The notes below the pieces were generated by a model. It did not search any database, had not been told where the DNA came from, and saw only the letters and a list, made by a program, of their open reading frames with translations. A stretch of DNA of 64,000 bases, taken from contig NC_047083.1 in assembly GCF_902459465.1 (NCBI RefSeq), positions 496,001 through 560,000 on the forward strand, given 5' to 3'. The DNA is from Asterias rubens. Its lineage: Eukaryota. Positions 11,035 to 23,843 of the stretch are shown piece by piece. A program made the position numbers and the translations under genes. The first letter of the stretch is position 1. The number at the start of each line of letters is the position of its first letter.

Positions 11035-14000
11035 CATAATTTTATTATAAATCTAGTTTGCGGTTGTAATGTCATCATGAATGGTATTGTATGGATGCCG
11101 AGTCCTTGGCTCTATACTTGTTAAGTCTACTGGTCACAGAGATGGTTTGATGCAAATTAATTGACGAATTAGAAAGCGCAAAGCAAGCTGCCTACTCGAG
11201 CCCAGCATGCCCATATATGGCACAGGATGTCCAGACTTTAACACTCTATGTTTCCCTTGTTCAGAAATACACCCAAGATCCTTCAAAGAATTCCTATGAT
11301 TCCAAGAACACAATGAGGACTCGTCCTTCAAATTTAAGGTATATCCTTTATAAATAGAATAAAATAATGTACCTTGTATTGTTGTATATCCAGTAAAAAA
11401 AACTATAATCCAAGACGATACCGTGGAGCAACTTCCGAACCTTTTGAACTACAAATACATGAACCTTATCCCGAGGTCATCCTAAACCGATCTCCAAAGA
11501 AGGCGGGGCTGGATGGATGACAATTCATGACATATGTCATCGGTTAATTGTAGGATCAATATGACAGTCTGAACACCCAAACCCTCACACCCGTCTAATC
11601 ATAAACCTCTTTTTACATCGTGGCGTATTGGTAGCTTGGTATCGAAACATCTGTAGTGAATTTTAGTGTGGTCGCATTTCGGGACGCACAGCACCCTCAG
11701 CGCAACTGCACAGCTGTTACTTATAGTTGGTTTTGCAATTAAAACACACATCTAGTTGGTTAAATCATCCAATGATTTTTTAGATTAGCAATGCCCACGA
11801 GAAAACGTAGAATTCACGCGAGTTTTATTGAAGGCCGGTGGCTCATGACAATCCCCCACACCCACCCCCATCCATCTCCCTCAAGACCTAGGTGTTGCAA
11901 CAGACATCGCAAATTAAAAACCGCTATTCCGTCGTTGCCAACGTACGGAGAAAAACGAATATTTCTCGGTTCTGTCGACAAGCGGCCGATTTCTTAATGT
12001 CGTGATGAGGGAGTCACTTTTTAAATCTAGACCTTAAAAAAGAAAAGATGATTCAATGGCGGGGAATAATTAGTTTATTCTGAAGTAAAGAATAGAGGAA
12101 GATGTCCTTTTTGGGCAGGCAGACATCGCAACGCCTGGTGTCTTCCTCTATGGTGTGATGAATCGTGCACACCCCAGCGACCCATAAACCTAGATTTTAA
12201 ATACCGTACGTCATGTGGTTACATCGCGGGACATTTTGGTCGTCTCTTTTTCACTGCTTTCTCGTCCCACCCTAATTGATGGTTATTGACTAAGCTCTTA
12301 ACTGTATTACAAATGGACCATATTTAAGTGTATTTTATGTCTGATTCGAATTTAGCTAAAAGCCATGATGGGTTGCAAGTTAGATTTGAATAAGGGGGGA
12401 GGCGGGGCTTAAGACTCATAGAGGGTTATCTCATTTTTATCATTATTTAGATTGACACTATTATTCCCGATTGATAATGAAAATTTGCAATAACAAAATA
12501 AATTCAACATCGACAAAATAGCGTTTATAAGACAAATAATGTAAATTTGTTATTTTCACGAAAGCTTCGTAGTTAGTGATGTAGTCTTTTTATCAAACTG
12601 GAATTGAACACGTCTACAGAATTACCACAATTCAAACAGACAATTTAGAATAAACGTCACACGAAAGCCAGCGTTTGAAATAAATAGCTATTTTATGTGG
12701 GTTTTTATTGTTAAGCAACTATAAGCTCCATCTCGAGCGGGCGGCGACCGGATGAAGAGGCCGTACAAAACGAAGGAAACACGGTAGGATAAAGTGGTAG
12801 TATCGCAGTCAGTTTTAAGTGCTCGTGGATACGCACTTGACAGGTCCGTCTTGACATACAACTAGTACCGTGGATGAGCTCTTTAGGGTTTAAGTGGCTA
12901 TGCAGGTAGATACTCAAGTCATTCTTAGGGTAAAGGACAAAACTCAGTCTGTCGATAAATTGCCTCCAGGGATCTTGTCAAAGACGAGTATTTTCTTTTT
13001 GTTACAGATGTCAACAGGCGGATGCAGTGAGAATGGACACTAACTAATAAAGAACAAAGGACTTCTAAAAGGTATCACTCATCAACTTTTTTTTGTATTT
13101 TTTTTTTCCATCAAGATTCTATAACCTCAAACTGCTTTAACTTCGGATTCACTAACTGCATCCTGCCTCCTAAAACCCGTCTCCCAATTCAAACGCAAAT
13201 TCAATGGTAATTTGTCTACCTATCGATTTCCTTTCTGCTCATGTGAGTTCACACTTTTTAGTAATTTGTTGGTCACATTATTCTGGTAAGCATAATTTTG
13301 TTGTGCTTAGCTACTGTATATGCCTTTTGAAATCAGCGCTTTAACCTGTATTGATATTTAAATGTTGGTCATCTTAATTTTCATGAAACATCACAGAGAG
13401 TGGGTTTCTTTCCATGTTGGCAACTATATGTCATACAAAAATTACAATATTTTGTCGTGAAAAAGGAAATGACTCTCCCAAAAAAAACATTTCCCCCAAC
13501 GATATCCCCGCCCCCTCTGTAGAAAGACCATTAGCTTAAAGTCCACTTCAACCTGTCCAACTCAAAGCCGTCAATTTTTCATTCTCCTTTCCCTCTAAAA
13601 AATTCTAGCTCTTCGGAAACTTGTCGACTGACAACAAATCCTTTCCAATCCATGAGAGAAGGGGTAGACATAACTCTATCTTAGGGGAGATTCCACTTCA
13701 AATCAGCCATTAATCTCGAGGCATTTTGTTGCTGTCCGGGTGTTTCGGGAGGGTGGTCGTCGTTTTGGAAGTGTTTCGAGAGCGTTTTAGCGGGTAAATT
13801 CACCGCGAATCGTGAACGAGAGAGCGAGCGTGTTCCACCCGTAATGGATGCGTCTCGAGTGGTTAAGAGAAACACAGACGAGGTTTTAACGGGCACTTCG
13901 TCGTGAAAGAAACAACTGAAGGGGACACAAAATATCGACTCGACTTACTAAGGGGGACGAGCATTAATATTGCTAGGTTTAGAGGTAAATCATACTTTTG

Positions 14001-15524
14001 TTCTAAACAAAATAGTTGATGTAAAACTTCTCGCCAAACGGTTCTTTATTTTACATCAGCAGTATTTGTACCTCTGTGTAATTTATTTTCTCTTATTGGC
14101 CGACAAGGATGCATTTTTATGTTCCACACCCATGTTGCTTACTCCTTTAATAACTTGCAAAAAAAACATATAATGAATATTCCGGTTAACGAAAGACAAA
14201 TACAACAAAAATGTAAAACCAATTACACAACAGAGAAATGAACACAAACAACCGGGGGCTGTTTCCATCTTTCTCATTGAACAATTTCCAGCTGTAATTT
14301 GTCCTAAGAGAAGTTTGCAAACTTCTTAATCTCACCCACAATACACCTGAGGTGGATTTTGTGGTCCCCCATCGGAAACCTTGAGATGGTAAATCGAGTG
14401 TGAAATGAGGTTACGAGTCGAGGAGGTAATCGGGCGAGAGAATGGAGAATAATTAGTGGGTCTCAGACCTGTGAGTAGACGGCCAAAGTATTAGTTGAGG
14501 ATCCGGTGGTTTTTACCTTCGTCGGTGTATACGAGAATGAATTACCACTCTGTTTTGCTTCTGTATTTTTGAAGCTCAGAAAATCAAGAGGGACAGTACA
14601 TAATATAATAACCTGATAATCTCTCCTCTAATCAAAACAAATGCACCCAAACTGAGGCTGAGAGGTCTAAGATAGTCTGGTCTCTATTAAGGAGAATACT
14701 TCTATTTACCAGGGAAGCATGCATGGAATGCGACCGATCGAAACTCTATAGTATTTTGACCATAGTGTTATAGATCTAAGTTGGTAAGAAGTCAACTCGA
14801 CCTCAGTGCTTTAACACCAACCAGTTTCCTATCAATAAAAAAAAACAAGTAGCTTCTTGGAATTCAAAGTGTATCCTTCACAGTCTTCAGTGCGGCTTTT
14901 TTATTTGGTTTCGATTCAAACGGAAAACCCCTAACTTCCTCTAGAGGTGAAACTTGTAAGCATATTAGTCTCCTTTACCAGCCGTTCAAAGACCACAGTC
15001 TTTGATGAAACGCTTCCTTTAGTGTGTGGAACATGTGTTGTGTGGCGTTGGTTTCCCATTGCAATTCATCAAAACGCCTTGGATGACGGAACTCCGAATG
15101 CTATCGCTGTATCATGATTTCAATGAAGTCATTGGCCTCAACTTGTAATTCTTTATGATTCCATGCCCGGAGTTGAACTTGCTTCATTTCTACTATTGAT
15201 GGGTTTCTAACATGTTTATGGTGTATGACATCATTTTGCTCGTCTATAAATAGATACAGAACCTTTCTTTATGGTAGTGGCTTATGTATGGTGCCCGAAG
15301 CTATCTCAATAAATCAAGCGATTTGAGAGCTATCTCTAATCAAGCGATTTGAGTACAGATTTGTTAACTCAATTAGAAAGATAATTTTGCTGATGTCTGC
15401 AAAACATGGTTACACTTCTTACGGGTAGATATAAAGATGGGATAAAAAGTGTCCTCTTCACATTCACATAACGAGAAGATGCCATGATGACACTCTCTTC
15501 CTTGCTCTATGTTCTACCTAAAGT

Positions 15525-15727
15525 CCCTTTCACACGGGGGACATTTAGCAAGGGTCCCTTGTTTAATCTTAGCATGGTTATACAGTTTTACAAAACGTAC
15601 CTCTAGAAAGGCAACAATGTACTGTCAAAGGTTTCTTGTCAATATATATGGTCAAACAAGTGCTACATTACACAACTTTCTCAAATTAAACAAGGGACCC
15701 CTGTTAAATTGCTGTCGTGTGGACGCC
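15525..15727 (+). mobile_element. MITE family G (tttcacacg...agcaagggtcccttg TIRs)
   Basis: Long imperfect TIRs; aligns to 17009-17229 in the opposite orientation and to the 31321-31487 fragment. Confidence 0.65.
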
Positions 15728-16766
15728 ATGATGGAATCTCTTCGTTCACAATAATGACCTTTCGGGTATGACCTTCGCATGTGTAAGACTCCTCCATTCC
15801 TCCAAGACAAGAACCACACTCCAAGACGCACAAATCTTACAAGATACATGTACACATGTACTACTCATCCCACATGTCACATATACAAGCTACATTCCAT
15901 CACCGCCGTTTGAATCCCTAATATTCCATTCCAAAGCGACCGTGAACAAACCCTCCACATACTGTTTTCATAGTTAAACCACAGGGTATCAGCGTAGAGC
16001 CGCTGCCTCCACTGGACGGCAGGCTGGGGTGTTCTTAAACACGGCCCACACCAAGCAGCTTGTCTCGGTCAGGGGGACACCCCAAACAGAAAGATGTATC
16101 GGCGGCGGTGAGGCAATCCTCATCAAGGAAGACACAGTCTTGTCATTTCTTTTGATCTTAGAAGATGACATTAAATAAGTGTCTTGAGCACCCGTAGAGT
16201 TTAATTAAAACAAGTAGGTTTGGTTTGAACATGTGACTAAGATTATTGGGATAGCCTATAGGCCTATCTAGTCCAGCCGATTGTCCGGTGGGGGTTTCTA
16301 TTTGGGGTTAAGGAACACAGTTCAACATCTGTTGCTTGGCTGGATTGAGATCCATAGGCCCTACAGGCTTTATAATCCAGCAAAGACATGAGGCAACTTT
16401 AAAAAGTAGATGCTCATTTCATTTTTTGTGTTAACAAATTTAAGAAATTTAGTTTAGCCAGCAACCCGTGAACTTGACCTCTTAATTCCTTTACCCTTCT
16501 GAGATCATTTGTGACCTTGCTGAAAAGTACTAAACCCTTTATTTATCAAGCAAAATATTTGAAAATGGCTTTTCCATACAGCATTGTGGTTCAAAACAAC
16601 AGACTGCAAACGTACCAACCCTCACCCTAGATGTGGGGTCACTTAAAGGTCAGATCATCCAATTTAAATCACCCAAATCATCAAGTTGTGTCATACATGC
16701 ACCTGTAAATAAAAACCAAAGTTAATCCCATTTTTTTTATATCGTCGAGAAGTGGGATTAGAGTCA

Positions 16767-16968
16767 GAGCCTGACTTTTTTTTCATAACGCTGTTTAGCA
16801 GAAAAATGCTGCTAAGCAAATTTCTTTTTGCCGAGCAAGAAATGGGTGGGGCTCTGACGCCAACAGTATAACCTTTAGAAATGTTGGCTGGTAAACCAGT
16901 TCCTGCTAAGCATCATTTTGCTGTGCTTAGGGAGGATTTTCTGCTTACAGGCTTTATGAAATTGGGCA
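16767..16968. mobile_element. MITE family E-related (tttcat.../...tatgaaattgggc, internal gctaagca repeats)
   Basis: 3' end tttatgaaattgggca matches 62082-62100; repeated tgctaagca motifs. Confidence 0.5.
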
Positions 16969-17008
16969 CAGGACCAAACTCCCAGAGTCAGAGCGTCTCC
17001 CCTGTCTT

Positions 17009-17229
17009 TAAAGTGCTATTCACACGACATCAATTTAACTGGGGTCCCTTGCTTAGTTTCAGCATGGTTGTAAAATGTAGCAATGTTTTGCAAGATTTTG
17101 CAAGACAACTTTACAGGACAGTAGAAAGAATTGTCCTTTCACACGAGGTGCATTTTGTAAAATACTACAACTGTGCTACAATTTAGCAAGGGAGCCTTGC
17201 TAAATTGCTCTCGTGTGAAATGTGCTTTA
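17009..17229 (-). mobile_element. MITE family G, inverted relative to the 15525 copy
   Basis: TIRs ttcacacgacatcaatttaactggggtcccttgct / agcaagggagccttgctaaattgctctcgtgtgaa. Confidence 0.65.
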
Positions 17230-18435
17230 GTTACTGCCCTCTCAACTCCAGTACAGTTGTCCGAACTAATAAACTGACTAAGTTGTTGTTGTATAAACCC
17301 CAGACCATACCATGACATCTGACGATAGTGGAGATCAGCGAGCGTACAGGTCCCCCAAAGCCCTGGGGCCACAGACGGGGTTGAACCCCCTCGAGGGGCC
17401 CATGGAGTTAAAGCCCCCCGTTCATTAAAAACCTATTTTATCTCATGCTTGCACAAACGCTGAAGGTAGTGTACAGTCATCGCCCTAGAGCACAGGAAGG
17501 CCTAAGCAAAGTGGACACTTCGAAGGTACTCAACACACACTAAAATCAGTCAAGAGTCCAAGATTACTATCGTTTCCAGTTTTTATCTAGCGTGGGACAG
17601 GTACATACTCGTGGTTGAGATTTTCACTGCAAGTTATTAGAGCTTTCATCACCTAGATATAAAAAAAACCATTGGTGTCAAAGTTCATACACTTTATCTG
17701 TTTTTGGCCTGGGGTAAGATAAACATAGTTATGGGTAGATACAGATCATAATGGATGGATGAAGGCTTATCTTGATGAATTAGAGAGGGAAAGTAGGCTA
17801 AAAATGATCCATTTACCCTAAAAATAACAAATTTACTCCATAAATCCAAAGACGTAACTAAGTTACTTTAAAATCAAAATAGCTGAGCCGATATCCAAAG
17901 AGTTTATTCGTCACATTGATGATGTAATCAATGACGTCACTAGACATTACCAGCTTGGTAAAACTAGCTTCACATTCAAGCTAGTTTAAAGCAATGACGA
18001 TTAAATTGAAACAAAAACTTGATGAAGACCCATTTTGGGGGAGATGAAACGTTCACAATTGTAAGACAACTGAGATATCTATATCATCGTCACAAGAAGA
18101 AACAAACTTGAAAACTCCGTATAAACTCGTTTCTCGTGCGAGATTCAACGTGACTTGGCAATTTTGCTTTTGTCTCAGCATTTTTAGCAACTTAGCTGAT
18201 AGAAACCAGACTGTGGTGTTGCTGTTATCATAATAGGAGTCTGTTTCCGAGGGTCGGGTACTAGACCTTGGTAGCCTAAAATAAAAGCACCCTGAATAAT
18301 GGCTGCTGAAAGATAGACGGGTATACTGCAAATGGTGAGTCACAATTATGTGTGTGTAAGTAGGACATGAACCTCTACAGTAAGTCAAGGAACTAGTTTA
18401 GAACTAAATTAGACCAAGTTGAGTTCAAACTTAAA

Positions 18436-18570
18436 CCCGTGTCCGTATTGACGGCTTACGGCTTATGGCTACGGCTTTAGCATCACTTTAACATAAAGCA
18501 TATAATGTCCATGTAACACCCTTAGAAACAGCCGTAGCCGTAAAACATAGACTGTCCAAAATACAAGCCG
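18436..18570. mobile_element. Degenerate foldback element with (tacggc)n / (gccgta)n subterminal repeats
   Basis: tacggcttatggctacggct is inverted against agccgtagccgta. Confidence 0.4.
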
Positions 18571-20321
18571 GACTTCTTTGATTCCAGAAGAGTTTATAAT
18601 GACCGCTAAAACTAAGCTGCAGTTCATCTTGTATCAAATTTCATATTATTTTGTACATTATCCATCTTGACTACAAATTTGCAAGATTTGGATCAAACGG
18701 AACAATGAGAAACATTAAAACGGAAACTTACAGCGTCACAGGTTTCAACAAAACCTTTAATGAAACTTAAGGTCTGCTTCTATCTACGGTTTCTAAATAC
18801 CAGCGCTAAGTTTTAATCCGTCTAAAGCCGTTAATGCTTAAGGATTAACAGACCAGATAATAACTGACTCTCGATTCATTAGAGAAATTTGACCAAAACA
18901 CACATGTTACACAGATAACAATTGTGACGTCATCACGATGACGTAAACGAATTTGTTTGAGATCTTCAATTCAGAATCACGGCAGAAGTTTTGAAAGGTT
19001 CGTCCTTCAAGTTTAACATCTCATGCGGATACAGACTGAACGGTGGGAACAAAACAAACACTTCACTCTACCTCGTAATACCATACAGGTTTCTTAGTTT
19101 GTCTTTGTTGCCTCAAAAAAGAAACTACGTGAAGTGAACATCCAACAAGCCATACAAATAGGTATGGACAATTAGAAATGCAAGCTCAAAAATGGTATCA
19201 CGTGATACAAAACCCACCAATCACTGGACTTCATGTCAACCCATGACCTTATTTGGTCTCCCGCACTTGATGTTTTGTACATCACAGGAAACTTACACCC
19301 ACAAAACTTCAGATTATAAAATATCAATGGAACCCCTTTAAAGGTTTTTGAAATGTCACAAAGTTTTCGAAGTCGAAAGCACCTTTAAGGTTTGGGTTCT
19401 CATAGTAAGGAAACAACTTTCCCCAGGGGAGCTCACCCTAATGACATCGCGGAAATTGCCCTGCGCCTGTGGGATATGGCAGGGCAGGGTTTAAGATCGC
19501 TGGGATAAAACAAGTTGTGTATCCCCCTGGTTTAACAACCGAAGAGAGCCTATTTTACCCCACAGTCCAAATAAATGCAATTGGTGAGAGTTTTTGATTG
19601 GGCTTCATATATCAAGATTTGAAACCACGTGTGTGGACCGAGTCACAAACTGCCCGATTACGGATCTATTCGCCAGACTAAGAATATGAAATATTTCAAG
19701 GAATACTCTTTTACAGTACAGAACTGATTCTGATATGTTTCATGGAGACGCGTTCCTCAAAATTCCACTGCTTTACCCAGCAGCAATGCATGGATATAGT
19801 TTATAGACAAAAATTCAAAACTTTAATTTATAGATTTCTCCATCTTATAGAAAACTATTAGCAACAAATCTGCAGTTAAATTCAGCATTATCTTAACACA
19901 AACTCATGCATCAAACGAAGAGTAAAAACAAATATAAACAGAGAATTTCTTAACAAAGCTGCACCCCCACCCCCCCCCCCCCCCGACCATCAGCAAAGAA
20001 AAAGAAGGAACAAGTAAATGCCACAATAAAAATAATGGAATTTTAATAGCCGTACGATAATGAGAAGTCCTTGGGTCGGACTTCAAGAAAAAGCCTCCAC
20101 CAAAGAGAGTCGGCCCAGCACCAAAACTGCCTCGACGATATATTTACGGTTTAATCATTAGAGTTAGATGCTTATCAATATTCAGTCGACTAAAATACTT
20201 TTGACATCTGTTGTCGCGATCTCTGAAGTAAGGTCGACCGTGTTTACTAGCATTTTCAGATTTTAGTTTTTTTTTAAGGGTATGTGAAAAGAATGACAGA
20301 AATGTATACTTTACGTAGAGT

Positions 20322-20571
20322 TTAAAGGCACTGGACACGTTTGGTAATTGTCAAAGACACAATATTCTCACTTGGTGTATCCCAACATATGCATTAAATA
20401 ACAAACCTGTGAACAAAACACCTTGTTGCACAAATTTGTGGGCTTTCAGTTGCCTATCAAAAAGGTAGGAAATGTCTACAAAAAGTCTTTAAATATTTGA
20501 GTGAGAAATTACCTCTTTCTCAAACACAATATTACTTCGGAGGGAGCCGTTTCTCACGATGTTTTATACTA
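20322..20571 (-). mobile_element. MITE family B (Kolobok-type), internally deleted and 5'-truncated
   Basis: TTAA|AGGCACTGGACACGTTTGGTAATTGTCAAAGAC... and gagggagccgtttctcac are the reverse complement of the 54124 and 56583 copies. Confidence 0.8.
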
Positions 20572-22792
20572 AGTAGCATTTTGGTTATTTATGTTTATTG
20601 ATTCTAATGCAAGCCAAACATAGTTGTAGTATAGTTGATGTCTTTCAGGTACGAGGGTTGTTGGATGGGAAACTTTGCTCTGAAAATCTAGCAACAAAGA
20701 GAAAAATCTCGCCCTTATTAAAGGAGAATCTATTAAGTTAAATAAACCGTCTGTACAATGTACAATGTGTTAGGCTCATTTGGCATCGAGACTTCATGTG
20801 AATTTTGGGCAGTTAAGGACAAGGGTTGTCATGTAGCCTCTGCTACCAGGCGGTGAAGCTACAAGCATCTGCTTCCGTACTTGACACTTCTGGTTTTTGA
20901 ATTGCTACATTCGGGAAAGGCAAGCACAAGGAGACTCGTTTGTTTCAAAGTACATCCTCGAGGTCAACAATTTTTGGGAAGAAAGAACAAAAGTTCAGTG
21001 AGTTTTCAAAGTAGAAGTGGTAATGTTATGATTTCTGTCATTCAAACTCAACCCTCGGATAACGTGTCAAAGAACTTTAGTATAAGACATACGTTATTTT
21101 GTTTATTTGAAAAGAAGGTTCAGGATCGATAAAATATAGGTAAGTTTTTAATAATTCAGTACCCTGACAAAAACAAAATCAACTTTGGGTGTTCCATTTT
21201 GTGAAACAACAGAGAGGCATTCAAACACACTATCAAAAATATGTTCACAATCGAAAGCACATCCGGAGGACACGTAGTGATAGTTTTGTTCTACTTTATA
21301 TTCGACTTTATAGTCGAAATATATTGAATACTCTCAGTCTGATAATTTGATCGGCAGGTCTTCTTTTTTAATATTGTATTTTTCATCCATGGTTTATTCT
21401 TGAATTTAGACTAAAATAAATCAACGAATGAACTCATGTTTCTGTATACAGTTCCCCCCTTCATATAAAAAGAATTGTTGGCCAAAAATCCCTCGTCAAC
21501 TCCCAGTCATCTCATACTGCGTAACTCGAAGAACACTTAATTATGGAGGGCTTTTGTGGTGACATTTTACGAAAAGAGATTTGCCTCAAGGTTACGGCCG
21601 AGCCGCTTCTGTCCGCGTGCTCAGCTCTCATGGCCCGCCGTCTCTATCGCCACACAGACGGTCGCAGTTACACGGGAAACACGCTGATTACATTCACACG
21701 TGCGTGGATGACACGGAACGCTGGAAACCTAGTCTTGTATAACGTATTTTCCACAGACTGTTCGTAGAGTTTTAAGTTTGACGTGGGAAATGCACGGACT
21801 TGATTTAAGCTACGTTGATCACTAGGGTATTTGCGATACCTTCAAGATGCATATTAGATTTAAATTATACCATTATTTCATCTGGTACACGTGTTGTGAA
21901 TATGATGTACCAGACATGCTTGTGTGGCAGGGATGGTCGGAATTCTTTGGCAGACAGGTTGGGCGCAGAGACAAATTATCAGCCAAATTGTTGCTCATTA
22001 CAACGTTATTTGGAAACAAATTGAATGTTATGCTTTCTAACCCAGCTTCTGTCCATCTATTAAAACGATTTCTGTTTTTTAGACCACTCTTACAAAATAT
22101 GGTCATCAGAAAACAGTACAGATGGACAACGGGGGATTGCAATGGAATCTAAATTACTAACACAAGACCAAACTTATGGCAACTTTGCCTCATCAACTTT
22201 GTATCATACGTTGTGTGATAAACTTTAGTTATTAAGGACATCTTAAAACGTATGCATTAGAGGTTTCCATTGTCATACGTCATACTGTTGTACATACTGT
22301 TGAGAAACCTACACGGATATACTATGTTTAGCTTTTCATAAAGGGGCGAAAATGTACATGTAATGTACATTGAAATCTAAATATTCTTGCTTTGTTTCCC
22401 AGGATGTTCAATAATGACTAAACATAACCTCTAGCTAACTATGATTTATACAAAAAGAGTAAAGCACCACATTTATAAGCTTGTGTGTATTATACAATTC
22501 AGCCTGGCTACGTCACACACGCTGTAGCCATTTAACCTATTAAAGTCTAGTATCCTGTCTCTAAACATTCCTACCTGAGTGATTTAAAGATGGAGAATTA
22601 ACTGGATTACAACCCAATCCAATATAAGCACCAGGTTGTTCATTATCTTTGGGTTGGATTATAGTGAAGTATTATCGATACCCAGATTGGGGTATGTTGT
22701 TACAATAGTATACCTCATTACGGATACATAATTTGGTTGAAAAGATCCATTGCATTGACTGCCATCTTTGATGACCAACAGTATACGCTTGA

Positions 22793-22975
22793 AGCGCTGC
22801 ACACGGGCAATCTCCAAGAAGAGAATCCATTCAAATTTGAATGTGGACTTTGTTTTGGGAATCGTAAGACATTGTTTGAGAAATCACTTATAAGCTACCA
22901 AAGTGGTCCTGTTGCATGCACTGCAGTTGGATGTGTCCAAGTTGCCTGTAAAAGTTGCCTCGTGCGAAACGGCAC
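22793..22975. mobile_element. MITE family H, second copy
   Basis: Shares ggcaatctccaagaaga, gctaccaaagt, gcatgcact and ccaagttgcctgtaaaagttg with 5447-5666. Confidence 0.6.
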
Positions 22976-23524
22976 AAAGACCGTGGGGAGAGAAAACATT
23001 TCTTTATCACTGGCTTCAATGACGTACGAATTCGAAGGGTAATATTTTGTTTTCAGCTACTTAATTATTTCAAGATTTCTTCTTTTTAATCACATGTGAG
23101 AGTTGATGAAAGATTGCTTCAGCTTGAGCACCTCCTCAGCCAATAATCATTTCAAATAGTCCAACTTATCGATTCTTAGATGTATCTTCCACGACATGTA
23201 CAGAAAAAGCATCAACATCTGAAATGAAATTACCTAATTCCGACTTTCGCCTCCCACCGGACTTTCACCCAAATTAATTCTTCACCTTTTCTTAATTGGT
23301 CACAAGCCGCACTCCGAAGGAGTGATGACGAAAAAGGAGTTCAATAAAAATAGAAAAAAAATCCCTCCCTCGCCTTACACCGACTAGAAGGAAACTGAAA
23401 ATGAAGGAGTCATTTAAAGCAATTTGCTGCAATACAATAACGTAGTTATGGTTGACAAGGTTAAGGGATTTATTGCAGGGATATAGGGTGATCCCATTTA
23501 ACAATTAAGTGCTCAAGCACCATG

Positions 23525-23843
23525 CAGAAAGAGCCACTGAAAAGAAGACCAAAACGCAAGTGATTATTTCTTGGGATGTAGCAAGCTATACGCAGCAATT
23601 TTGTGCAGCACTTTCCAGCTCTGAGGTCATTTTTTTTTTGACAGAAAGAACCACTGAAAAGAAGACCAAAAACGAAAGTTTATTATTTCTTGGGATAGCA
23701 ACATTTTTGCAGCCATTTGCAGCTCTGGGTTTATGTGGCAGAAAAACACACTCAAAAGGAAGCCAAAAGATTGCTTTTCTTTGTTTTTTCTTTTCTTGGG
23801 AAGTAGCGAGCTACGCAACAATTTTTGCAGCCATTTGCAGCCT
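23525..23843. repeat. Degenerate tandem duplication/triplication (period about 117 bp)
   Basis: cagaaaga(g/a)ccactgaaaagaagaccaaaa occurs twice; tttcttggga...gcagc occurs three times. Confidence 0.7.
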
